A DNA stretch of 64,000 nt from Balanoglossus misakiensis (taxonomy: Eukaryota; Animalia; Hemichordata): NCBI GenBank assembly GCA_040954595.2, contig CM082579.2:10405625-10469624 (forward strand), written 5' to 3'. Shown here piece after piece: positions 12,628 through 23,745 of the stretch. Positions within the stretch are counted from its first letter, which is position 1, and each line of letters begins with the position of its first letter. The notes beneath the pieces were generated by a model. It was not told where the DNA came from and did not search any database. It saw only the letters and a list, made by a program, of their open reading frames with translations. A program made the position numbers and the translations under genes.

Positions 12628-13349
12628 CATGGAGGTACTAGAGAGAAGGAGCGAGGACGCTATTGTTTCCTATGAACCCCATGTGCGTTTTAATCTGTTT
12701 GCAGATAACATTAGGCTCTCAACCTTTTATCACCTGATAGGCGTTCATTAAAGCTGTGCGCTTGCGTAGATAAACAAATCATAGCTGGCGTTGCGTCTCT
12801 AAGCATAAACAACCGGACCAAACTGCTGTGCCGAACGTCTCTACACTGACAATTACAATGGCGAATATCGGGCACTTCTCACCATTTCACACTAACAAGA
12901 CAGCTTGCATCGGGAAGATTGGTTTTCAAATAAAACTTATGAACTTGTTGTTTTTTGCTGAACATTGCTACAAACTCAAAATATTCATTTCAAAATCATA
13001 CTTTTTGGTTGTACAAACAAGAGAAATAACGCTACAAGTCTTCCAAGACGTCCGCTTGACACGCTTCCGGTAGTGGTGACGCGCAAACTGTGACCCCTGG
13101 ATGTTTTAAAAGTCACCGCGCATATGTAGTACCCTCGTCCGCGATGTGCGCATAACGTTTTTAATATCATAGAAATATTACCCCGTAGATCTTGCAAACC
13201 TAACTGTAAAATCGACGGCAACACACAGTGGGTTCAAAGGACGCTATCGACACAGAAACACAAAGACTTAAGAAGCTTATCACACTTCAGAAGAAAGGGA
13301 TTTAATCCGCTTAAATCCGTCCTCGCTCCTTCTCTCTAGTACCTCCATG
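12628..13349. mobile_element. MITE with 32-bp TIRs and 7-bp TSD (P-element-like termini)
   Basis: Perfect TIR CATGGAGGTACTAGAGAGAAGGAGCGAGGACG; flanking direct repeat GCGTCAG at 12621-12627 and 13350-13356. Confidence 0.9.
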
Positions 13350-13414
13350 GCGTCAGCTAGTACACGTCTGACCAGAGTTACTGATATCAATGTCGAGATC
13401 TTAAGTAGAGTGTC

Positions 13415-13665
13415 ATGTTTACACGAAACAAATCTAAACAAACATACCTCATAGAAATGCTATCACTAATTCTACGTAACAATACTTTCGAATTAAACAA
13501 CAAATTCTACAAGCAAACATGCAGTTGTACCGTGGGCTCAAATGCTTCACCGGGAATAGCCGACATTACGTTCCATGAACTGGAAATGAAAAACAACTGA
13601 CAAAAAACGATCTCAACACAAGATCACACTATTGATATCCTAGTTCCGAGATACAGAGAGATGGA
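13415..13665 (+). pseudogene. Penelope-like reverse transcriptase fragment
   Basis: LIEMLSLILRNNTFELNNKFYKQ....VGSNASPGIADITFHELE resembles the PLE RT motif F.FNG..Y.Q..G..MGS..SP..A.I.M..LE. Confidence 0.65.
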
Positions 13666-13723
13666 TACTAATGTCCTTCTCCCTAAAATATGGAGAATCA
13701 CTGTCCTTCGCTTTCCTGAGTTA

Positions 13724-14505
13724 GGTGCGGAATTGTGTCTTATTGAAGGGGCATTTCTAAACTACATGTATTGTCTAAGGAGGCTAATTTAGCTAATAAT
13801 GATAAACACGGCTTTTTTCAAGATAATTATCACTTTCTAAATATCGTTCTAAACTTTCTAAACTAGCAGCAGTTTAGAAAGTTGGACTACTTGGGCGTTT
13901 ACAAATGTACGGCGTACACTTTGGAAGTAGGCTTGGAATGAAGAGAGAGACGGGATGGCCAGTACTTCGATGGGAAGTCAAATGTGATCTTTGTTTTATT
14001 TTAACAGTATATATAGTCGAAGTTCTAACTCTGACATTTTACAACACCTCATAATGGTAGAACAATGGTGTTAAGACATTGATTAACCTGAGACTTCAGT
14101 CGTTGCACAGAACAATGGTGTCATACAAACGAAGCCCATATCTCAATAAACTGAGAGGAGTTTTGAGATAAGGCTTGATTTGGGCAATAAACGATTCCCA
14201 ACATTCTCCCGTCCGCAAATATTGAAATTGAAATGCACCAATTGAAATCATACATGAAAATTCCGCAAATATTGGAATGGAAATACAGCACTTATATCGT
14301 CGGCAGAAAATTTTAGTCGGGGGGGGGGGGGCTTTCTAAACTGTGGCTAATTTATAAATTTAGAACGATATTTAGAAAGCGATAATTATCGTAGTGATAA
14401 TTATCCTTAAAACTTAGATAGTTTAGAACTATTTAGCTACAGCTAATTTAGCTTTCTACACTTGTAGCTAAACTTTCTAAAAACGATAAAACGCAATTCC
14501 GCACC
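13724..14505. mobile_element. PIF/Harbinger-type MITE
   Basis: TIR GGTGCGGAATTG / CAATTCCGCACC with TTA on both sides; internal inverted segments ~13821-13880 and ~14332-14390. Confidence 0.8.
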
Positions 14506-15038
14506 TTACTGGCTTCCCTTCGCCCTAAAATATGGAGATATGAGCGTCCTTCGCTTTCCTTCGGCCAAAATTACGGAGCTACACCCGTCCTTAAGCTTTA
14601 ATTACCGAACTAAACCAGTCCTTCGGCCCCCAGCATAGAGAAAACCACGTCCTTCGCACTAAAATACGGATAAATCAGCGTCCTTCGCTTTCCTTCGGCC
14701 AAAATTACGGAGCTACACCCGTCCTTCGGCGTTTAATTCGAAGCTAAACCAGTCCTTCGGCCTCTAGCATAGAGAAAACCGTGTCCTTCGCACTAAAATA
14801 TGGAAAAATCAGCGTCCTTCGCTTTCCTTCGGCCAAAATTACGGAGCTACACCCGTCCTTCGGCCTCTAGCATACAGAAAACCGTGTCCTTCGCACTAAA
14901 ATATGGAAAAATCAGTGTCCTTCGGTTTCCTTCGGTTTCCTTCGGTTTCCTTCGTTTTAGGTTATGCTGAGCGGGGTGAGGAATCTCGTCTGGAGGGGAC
15001 TGTACAGCGTGACGGGAAGACTGTTACACGGCAGAACG

Positions 15039-15400
15039 ATGGCAGTAGCTCCGAAATTCTCATCTGTGGCGACTCAAACATCCGATGGGGAGTTCAAAGA
15101 GAATGTCGTGCAAAGTGATCCATTCTGGTTAGAAGACGAAAATTTCACGGAAGATGAAGAGATAGAATTAGCCAGACTAGCACGTAGAGCGGAAGAATAT
15201 CTGCAGTTGGAGAAGAAATTCCAAACGAAACTTTTCTATACCCGGCGTACTATATTATTCAGTATTGGTGAGGGAGGACTGTGAAGGGTGTGAAATTGAT
15301 GATCCTTCGCAAATTTCATCATGACTGTATGATGACAGTCCTTTCGAAAATTGGTTGACAAGTACTTGGACATGCTATGGAGAGACTGGATCTACCGACA
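15039..15400 (+). pseudogene. Polinton-type CxGC..PSQ..HDC ORF, paralog 2 (module J; copies at ~24959, 35209, 41236; local duplicate ~15485-15720)
   Basis: MAxAPKFSSVATQT..acidic stretch..LARRAEEYL, then after a frameshift DCEGCEIDDPSQFHHDC. Confidence 0.55.
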
Positions 15401-16376
15401 CTATAAATGTCCGAGATGACGACAGAAACAGGGATGGAGAATGGACAATTAATGGACGTATTAATGCATTCATGCTACACGCTATTATTCAGTATTGGTG
15501 AGGGGGGGGGGGGGACTGTGAAGGGTGTGAAATTGATGATCCTTCGCAATTTCATCATGACTGTATGATGACAGCCTTTACGAAAATTGGTTGACAAGTG
15601 CTTAGACATGCTTTGGAGAGACTGGATCTTCCGACACTATAAATGTCCGAGATGATGACGGAAACAGGGATAGAGAATGGACAATTACTGGACGTATTAA
15701 TGCATTCATGCTACACGCTATTTGGAAGTACAGAAGAAGACATAAAGGAACAAGGAAATAGTTTATAGAAGTTCGTTAAACATTACGAAGAATAGAAAGA
15801 GATTGAAAGTTCCCATCCACGTTGATTATCCGAGGCCAGCTGATGTTCTATTATGCCGTTTGGTACCGTAGAAGAAGTAACCTCATTATTAAAGTTACAG
15901 GGGTCTACATCTCTCCAGAATTACAACTTCTAGTTGTGTGTAAAGTCTGAATTGTATCGGATACGCGAGGTAAATAAGCGATTTATCAAAAAAATTAAAA
16001 ACAACGGCTAGCGATTACGTAGTGAATTTCACTCCTGCAAAAAGTCGGAATTTGCAGGATGCATTTAAATGCGCTGTACCAACGTTTCGATTGGTTGATA
16101 AGTGAGTTGACCAGTGATATGAAATCGAGTGATAAAATTCGGCTAATTGTGTGCACGCTGCGGCTAGAAAGACCTGTTAATTTACCGTTTGTACGCATGG
16201 CGATACCTTCTCTGACAGTAAAGGAATTTCACAAGTATTTAAAGTGTTTGCTATCAGTGGGGCCATAAGACTAATAAGACATAAAGGCAAAGAGGTTTGG
16301 TGAAACCCCAATGTGACATGCATGATTTCAGCAGTGAAACATTGTTCGGAATTTTTATCATTACAGTGCTCGTCAA

Positions 16377-16859
16377 ATGAGAGAGCAAGAGATGCGCTAT
16401 GCGGCCCTAGCTTCTCCCGATGAAAGAAGGGTCAGACAGGAAAGAGACCTGGGCCACAAGTTGCTGGCAGGTGCTGTACCATTCATGCCAGGGGTGCTTC
16501 AGGCTCAAGCTGGAGGACAGACAGTTCAGCCACCCGTTCACGTTGTGCTACCATTGCCGGAAAGACAGGCCCCTAGACCTGTGCCTATAATGGCTCCCGA
16601 TCCATATCCATTCGATCAACGGGAAGAGCCTGTGCCAGCAGAAGACCCTGCTGATGCTGCGGACGCAAGGGACATCCCCTTGCCGGAAGAACTCCTTCCA
16701 GATAGGCAGCAACCACGACAGGGAAGAGTGCGGTTATATCAACTCGTCCGTGAAGCCCACGAATTATACATTAATTTTTTAAGGAATGACCTTCCAGATA
16801 CAATTGCCAACATCAACAGCACGTTAGAGAGATTGAACGATCATTTAGATGGACTTTGA
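16377..16859 (+). other. Pro/Glu-rich 160-aa ORF (module M) of unknown origin, present in all 8 units
   Basis: Intact in unit 1. The 3' part is intact in units 6 and 8 and frameshifted or truncated in the others. It is preceded by an acceptor-like TTTTATCATTACAG. Confidence 0.35.
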
Positions 16860-17818
16860 ACATTTTTTTTTACTAATCTAAGTATTTTATTCATTTTTGG
16901 TAGAATACTACTACTAGTTTTTTATTATACTCATTATTATTATTATTAAAGTAATTTAGTTTTGACGAAGATGTTGTGATGAGGAGGAGCACGTTGTCCA
17001 TAACATTCATATAATGTTTTCATAAAGAGATCAGGAACTATGTGCAGCTTCGTGAAAGAAGTACAATTAAAAAGAAATCACACCTGTAGAGCAATTAATG
17101 AGGTTTCCCAAAGCAATGCATTGCTATTTAAGATTTATTTGGCTTTGGATTTATTGACTTGACTTTAACGACTGAGTTGTTTTAGAAGATGTTTTGCATT
17201 TGCCGTGACACTACCTATTATTGATGGCTACAGTACAGAAACAAAGAAAACGCAAACGCTGCTGCTGAGGCATCATATGCAAGTGATGGCCGATAAAGTT
17301 AAATCGGCACTGAGACAATATCATCAGCCATATTATGTTGACTCTGATTTGTCAGACTAGTGTCAGTATGATTCCTGTACTGCCTTTATTTGCTCTCCAA
17401 TCCACACTTCAACATTTCTCCATTTGTTCACTTCCTTTGAAAAGTGCTTATATTCCAGCACATATTCATTGCCTCTTTTTACACTGTAATATTGACATTC
17501 TTTTACTTCATTTGACATTTTTTACTGTTTTCTTTTCCGATTTAGACAATTGGCGAGCGCTCACTTCATTCATTTTGCCATTTTCTTCACTGCTTTTTTT
17601 ATTACAGTTGAACACATTTTTAGTGACACATTTTTTGATTTCACATTTTTTTAATAATTTGTTCAGTTTGACATTTTGTTTCTTGCCTTTTTTTTGATGT
17701 GACAATGACATTCTTCTACTTGATTTGACATTTTTTTACTGTTTTTTTTCCTTGATTACACAATTTTTGACTGCTTCATTTAATTAGACATTTTCTTCAC
17801 TGATTTTTCTATTTCAGT

Positions 17819-18792
17819 TTTTGAGAGTTTATCACTAGCCTGTACTGAGTGCCTCTGAATGAGATGAGTATACTGGTACAACACCTTACAAGTTAATTTG
17901 TGGACCGGAGATTTAGAGACGCCAAGTGTGACATCATAGTCATTACTTGCAGAGTGAGCTGCATAAAAAACTCCTGAATTTGGAGGACCAGATAAGGGTA
18001 CGGTTCCCTGCACGGGAAGCATTGTGTTTCACCGCATACCAGGCATTCAGTACATTTACATAAAATTCAGGGAGTACAGATAAAAGAAAATCAGGAACCC
18101 TTTGCCAAATTGAGTGTTGATGCAATAAATTTGTGGTATTATCTAAAAGCAAATATGACCAGGGCAAAACAGCCCATGTCTCGTCTTTACACAGTATTAT
18201 TCTTTTAACCCAAAGAGCCATCATTGCTTCCACTTGGCATTTCACATTAATATGATTAACTCCTCCTAGCTTGTAGTCACTTTCAAGAGTTTTGTTCGAA
18301 ATTCTCCTTTTACGTTTTACAAAACTGTCAACGAGACGTTGTACTTTACAGAGTATATCATTGGGAATGCCAATTACTGATGATAAATACATGTACATAA
18401 TTTTTGAAACAGCAAAAGCTTGGTAATGAGAACACGGCCATAAATCGTGAGTTGCCGTCTTCCCCACATTTCCAAAACTTCACCTAATGATTTTAACTTA
18501 TCATCCCAGTTTAACTGCTTACACAGAGCATCATCATACCCAAAATATACTCCAAGAGTTTTTACAGGATTGTCAGACCAACTTATATCACCCACTTTAT
18601 CGTTACATTTTCTTAAATTACCAAGTTTAAAAGCCTGCGTTTTCTTTTTATTTAACCTTAGCCCACTGCATCCCTGAAACTTTGAGAACAGACACAACAG
18701 AAGACAAATCTTCAACGAATACTATTGTATCATCTGCAAGTAAAGATATCTTTGCTTCTTTGGCATGACCATTACCAGCAGGCAGACGAAAC
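17819..18792 (-). mobile_element. Tx1/L1-clade LINE ORF2 fragment, internally deleted copy
   Basis: KISLLADDTIVF..SGLRLNKKKT..VKTLGVYFG..NW..W.RRQLTIYGRVLITK..GG....LWVKR..LPEFY..VL.AW. Confidence 0.9.
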
Positions 18793-18954
18793 TTACTTAA
18801 CTTGTTACTGCTTTCATTATTTACTTGATATTTTTTAGTGCTTCCATTATTAATTGACATTTCTTATTTCTCATTTTTTTTAAACAATTGAACTTTATTC
18901 ATTTATATACAACACAGCTCATTTTCATTGTTATATTTATTATTTTACATACAG

Positions 18955-19209
18955 CCTTCATAGTGAGAATTCTTCACTAAGGTGGAGTGAAGGTTGGACC
19001 CATGTTTGAATCTATTGGCTGTTGTTTTGTAATCACGTGTCTGTCAATCTATGATGTCATAATTAGAATATGCAAATAGGAAGTCCAGTCACTGTACTTA
19101 ATGTGATCGACAGATCAAGTCTTCATCATTGTGAGTGACAGCGCCTACGTGACAACATCGCAGCAGTTGAAGTTTAGCCGCTCCAAAAGTCTACGCACAG
19201 CACATCACC
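18955..19209. promoter_or_regulatory. Promoter-like motif cluster (module P), repeated ahead of units 2-8 (~23490, 27340, 33740, 39800, 46080, 53295)
   Basis: Within ~75 bp: reverse CCAAT (CTATTGGC), E-box CACGTG, CRE-like TGATGTCA, octamer ATGCAAAT and ETS-like GGAAGT. An imperfect palindrome TAGTGAGAATTCTTCACTA lies upstream. Function is not shown. Confidence 0.4.
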
Positions 19210-22200
19210 CTGACATGGCAAGAAGAGGTGGAGGCAGACCGGAAACGGCTTTTGCTTCCACCACGAGTTCTCACTTACGGCATCGGGTTGGCCAAAGTCT
19301 CGCTCCCTGAAAAGGAGAGGTTGACTTGATACGCCAATATCAACTGTCTACTCGGAGACTGGCCACTAGCAATGGGTGGAAGACACATGCCGTGAAGTTG
19401 ATGTGGTTTTCTACGTGGAATGGTTCTACAAGCATCTCCTCCATCGGGATCCGCACAAGAACAGGATCCCGCAACGGAATCTCCGTCCAAGCAGCACCGT
19501 CACGTCTAGACCCTGCCGTGATATCCGCTTGCAGACACGGCCAGATCGTGCGACCGTCAAACATCTACTGAAAAAGTCGGGGGAGACGGTCGTCGTGGAA
19601 GATACCATGCAAGGCAGGGACCCAGTCACCTCCATCGCATCAACATCCAGGGCATCCTCAGCCCGAAGAACATCCTCTACACGACCATCATCTTCTACAG
19701 TGGCGGCGTCCCGCAAATTATATTCTACCGTGGCTGCCCAACAACCCAACGTTTCCGGTGTCCCATACCGGAGTGCCGTGCGCAAACCAAGAGACTCTGC
19801 GCACATGTCCTAAGGGAGCACATCCCAGCGGCACTTCGGGGTGATCGCCCTCTGTCGGCCGATGTGGTGTATCGGGCTCTCCGTGCGCAACATGGGTGGA
19901 TAGTGGGCGGTCATTCTGAGACACCGGCGAGCGATCTGCTGGGTTTCTTTGGACGGCACGGTTTGGACTTTGTCCCCAGCAGAGTGCCCATTGGTAAGGA
20001 GTACACTGCAGTGATGGGGCAGCTCTGCGCGGATTTGGAGTGGGAGATCCTGAAGTACTTAGGGCTCCATCCCCCGAATTCGCCGGCTGTCCTCATTCAC
20101 TGGAGAGTCTTGCTGGGTTTTCTCTCGCCTCCCCAGAGGGCGGAGTTTCAGTCACTTTTCGGTGGGCCGGAGCCCATTGGGGAAAAGATGGACTCGCCCT
20201 CGGGGGTGGCGGGGGAGATCCAAGCTGAGGCGCAACCTCAACCAATGGTCACCCCGTCGGAAAGCAAACGTGCTCCAGTTGGCCGACTCGCTTTTGACAC
20301 TGAGGATTACCATGTCACCGCCTCTGGGGTGATAAGTTTCATCGGGGCTCTTAGTAGGATGTCGGCTTTGTGTATTTAGCATGTCCAAGTATTTGTCAAC
20401 CAATTTTCGAAAGGACTCATACAGTCATGATGAAATTTGCGAAGGATCTTCAATTTCACACCCTTCACAGTCCTCCCTCACCGAAACTGAATAATATAGT
20501 GCGCCCACGAGGGAAACGCCATGAACCACCACGAGGGCAGGCATCCCAGTCGCCAAAGAAGAACATGCAACGCCGTGAGCCACCAGGGGGGCAGTCCAAT
20601 CAGCCGCCAAGGAAAAGCGCGCAGAAGATGAAGGCCACTAAGCCAAAGAAACGAGAGGAGGTGAGGAATCTCGTCTTAAGGTGACTGTTCAGCGTGACGG
20701 GAAGCGTATGCGACGTTCCGTTAAATGGATGGCACAGGAGCTGCAGGGGGTGACAAAGCAGTCGAAAATCACCACGACTGCATCAACACGCTCCTGTAGA
20801 GGTAGGGGTAGAAGAAAATCAACCAGTGGCCAGCCGCTCCTGTCCATGCCCTGTTCCGGGATGTGGACAGACATCAAAACGTCTGAAGCGGCACTGCTTT
20901 TAATTCTGGCAACGCAACCTGAGACTTGCAGCGAGTGAAACTTGACGAAATCTTTGAGAGCTAGGAGATGGGAGCACTGTCTGGTCAAAAAAGTGACAAA
21001 GAAAAACCTGATGGCAAAACCAGACATCCCAGTGTATTTACTTAGTAACTTTGTGTATTTATATTTAATAGAAGACCATCTGTGAATATCTGCAAGACGT
21101 CGTTGATGGTATAAACAATTTACAGCAAAAGAACAAGGACGTATGTAAAATGGTTAAGGAAGCCTTCATAAAGGAACTGCAAATGCCTTGGAGCGTAATG
21201 GAGAAGTTGCCAATGCGGGTCTGCCCTAGATGCGAACAGACGTTCGTCAGAACTTACCAATTTAATGAACAGCCGTGCGTCATATTGACTGCGTCAACTG
21301 TGTCAACGACGGGAGCCTCAGCCACTAGCACGACCTGTACCGCTACCGCTACCGGGTCTACTAACTACGTCGCGCCAGCAGTGTCGACTGGGGCGCCTCC
21401 ACACACTTGAGAGTCCACACCAAGGAGTAGTTTTGCATATTTGCATATTTATAATAGGGGAATCCCAGGTAAGATGATGCAATAAAAAAATGTGATTTTT
21501 GCATAAATGTGTTATTGGGAAATTTTTGCAACATGTACTTCATTTAAACGAGTCATTTAAGATTGATGGAGAGGTATTTGTTAATATCATTCACGTGAAA
21601 ATCACAAAGGGGGATAAGGACCGCGAAAAAACAAGTGATGATGCAGAACGTTTTCGAAAATATAATAAGAGTATTATTCGTATTAGAAACAAAGATCATT
21701 TGTGTTGCGTGCGGGGAATTGTGACCGCCAAAGCATGTATTAATTAAGAGATCCAACTACACCCACTGGGCTAAACGTGGACGCCTAGATCAAGACAATC
21801 AGAATGTCGAATTGTATCAGATACGTGAGGTAAATAAGCGATTTATCAAAAAAATCAAAAACAACGGCTAGCGATTACGTAGTGAATTTCACTCCTGTAA
21901 AAAGTCGGAATTAGCAGGACGCGTTAAATGCGCTGTACCAATGTTTCGATAGGTTGATAAGTGAGTTGACCAGCGATATGAAATCGAGTGATAAAATTCG
22001 GTTAATTCTACACACACCGCAGCTAGAAAGACCTGTTAGTTTACCGTTTGTACGCATGGCGATACCTTCTCTGACAGTAAAGGAATTTCACAAATTTTTA
22101 AAGTGTTTGCTATCAGTGGGGCCATCAGACTGATAAGACATAAAGGCAAAGAGGTTTGGTGAGACCCCAATGTGACATGCATGATTTCAGCAGTGAAACA

Positions 22201-23745
22201 TTGTTCGGAATTTTTATCATTACAGTGCTCGTCAAATGAGAGAGCAAGTAGATGCGCTATGCGGCCCTAGCTTCTCCCGATGAAAGAAGGGTCAGACAGG
22301 AAAGAGATCTGGGCCGCAGTTGCTGGCAGGTGCTGTACCATTCATGCCAGGAGAGCTTCAGGCTCAGGCTGGTGGACAGACAGTTCAGCCGCCTGTTCCG
22401 GATGTGCTACCATTGCCGGAAAGACAGGCCCCTAGACCTGTGCCTATGATAGCTCCCGATCCATATCCATTCGATCAACGGGAAGAGCCTGTGCCCGGGC
22501 CAGCAGAAGACCATGCTGATGCTGCGGACCCACGGGACATCCCCTTGCCGGAAGAACTCCTTCCCGATAGGCAGCAACCACGACAGGGTAGAGTGCGGTT
22601 ATATCAACTCGTCCGTGAAGCTCACGAATTGTACATTATTTTTTAAAGAAATGATCTGCCAGATACAATCGCCAATACATTTTTTGTATAAACCGCAACT
22701 TACAAAGATTGAATGATCATTTAGATGGACTTTGAACATTTATTTTACTTATCTAAGTATTTTATTTCATTTTTGGTAGAATAATACTACCGGTACTAGC
22801 TTTTATTACACTCATTATTATTATTATTGTTATAAAAGTAATTTAGTTTTGACGAAGATGTGATGAGGGAAACGTTGTCTGTAACATTCATATACTGTTT
22901 TTCATAAAGAGATCAGGAACTATGTGCAGCTTCGTGAAAGAAGTACAATTAAAAAGAGAAGAATAAAAGAGAAGAATACGGCCATAAATCGTGAGTTGCC
23001 GTCTTCCCCACATTTCCAAAACTTCACCTAATGATTTTAACTTATCATCCCAGTTTAACTGCTTACACAGAGCATCATCATACCCAAAATATACTCCAAG
23101 AGTTTTTACAGGATTGTCAGACCAACTTATATCACCCACTTTATCGTTACATTTTCTTAAATTACCAAGTTTAAAAGCCTGCGTTTTCTTTTTATTTAAC
23201 CTTAGCCCACTGCATCCCTGAAACTTTGAGAACAGAAGACAAATCTTCAACGAATACTATTGTATCATCTGCAAGTAAAGATATCTTTGCTTCTTTGGCA
23301 TGACCATTACCAGCAGGCAGACGAAACTTACTTAACTTGTTACTGCTTTCATTATTTACTTGATATTTTTTAGTGCTTCCATTATTAATTGACATTTCTT
23401 ATTTCTCATTATTTTAAACAATTGAACTTTATTCATTTATATACAACACAGCTCATTTTCATTGTTATATTTATTATTTTACATACAGCCTTCATAGTGA
23501 GAATTCTTCACTAAGGTGGAGTGACGGTTGGACCCCCATGTTTGAATCTATTGGCTGTTGTTTTGTAATCACGTGTCTGTCAATCTATGATGTCATAATT
23601 AGAATATGCAAATAGGAAGTCCAGTCACTGTACTTAATGTGATCGACAGATCAAGTCTTCATCATTGTGAGTGACAGCGCCTACGTGACAACATCGCAGC
23701 AGTTGAAGTTTAGCCGCTCCAAAAGTCTACGCACAGCACATCACC
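19210..23745 (+). repeat. Array unit 2 (A-B-C'-D-E-F-G-I-L-M-N-short Tx1-P)
   Basis: Near-identical to the first half of unit 1, then deletion junctions GTATT|AATTAAGAGATCC and N to Tx1. Confidence 0.85.
22973..23327 (-). mobile_element. Tx1/L1 LINE fragment (short form)
   Basis: Same sequence as 18430-18792. Confidence 0.9.

Larger units (their letters stand above)
11652..14968. mobile_element. Non-autonomous foldback-like DNA transposon with inverted arrays of ~103-bp subterminal repeats
   Basis: CTAAAACGAAGGAAACCGAAGG at 11662 and its reverse complement ending at 14960. GAAGGA-rich repeats 11662-12590 (103-bp period at 12088/12191/12294) are mirrored by TCCTTC-rich repeats 14510-14960. 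GAGCGGGG is duplicated on both sides, and module D is uninterrupted at this site in other units. Confidence 0.8.
8143..19209 (+). repeat. Array unit 1 (A-B-C'-D-E-F-G-H-I-[3.3-kb insertion]-J-J'-K-I-L-M-N-O-Tx1-P)
   Basis: Module order read by comparing units. Letters are my labels: A/B/D zinc-finger-ORF pieces, C' antisense Cys-motif piece, G/I Polinton polB pieces, H/J Cys-motif ORFs, M Pro-rich ORF, P promoter-like cassette. Confidence 0.85.

Noticed and set aside
17335-17711. Hydrophobic plus-strand ORF and Lys-rich minus-strand ORF in module O as membrane or basic proteins
   Set aside because: Products of a T-rich low-complexity tract; frames break differently among copies.
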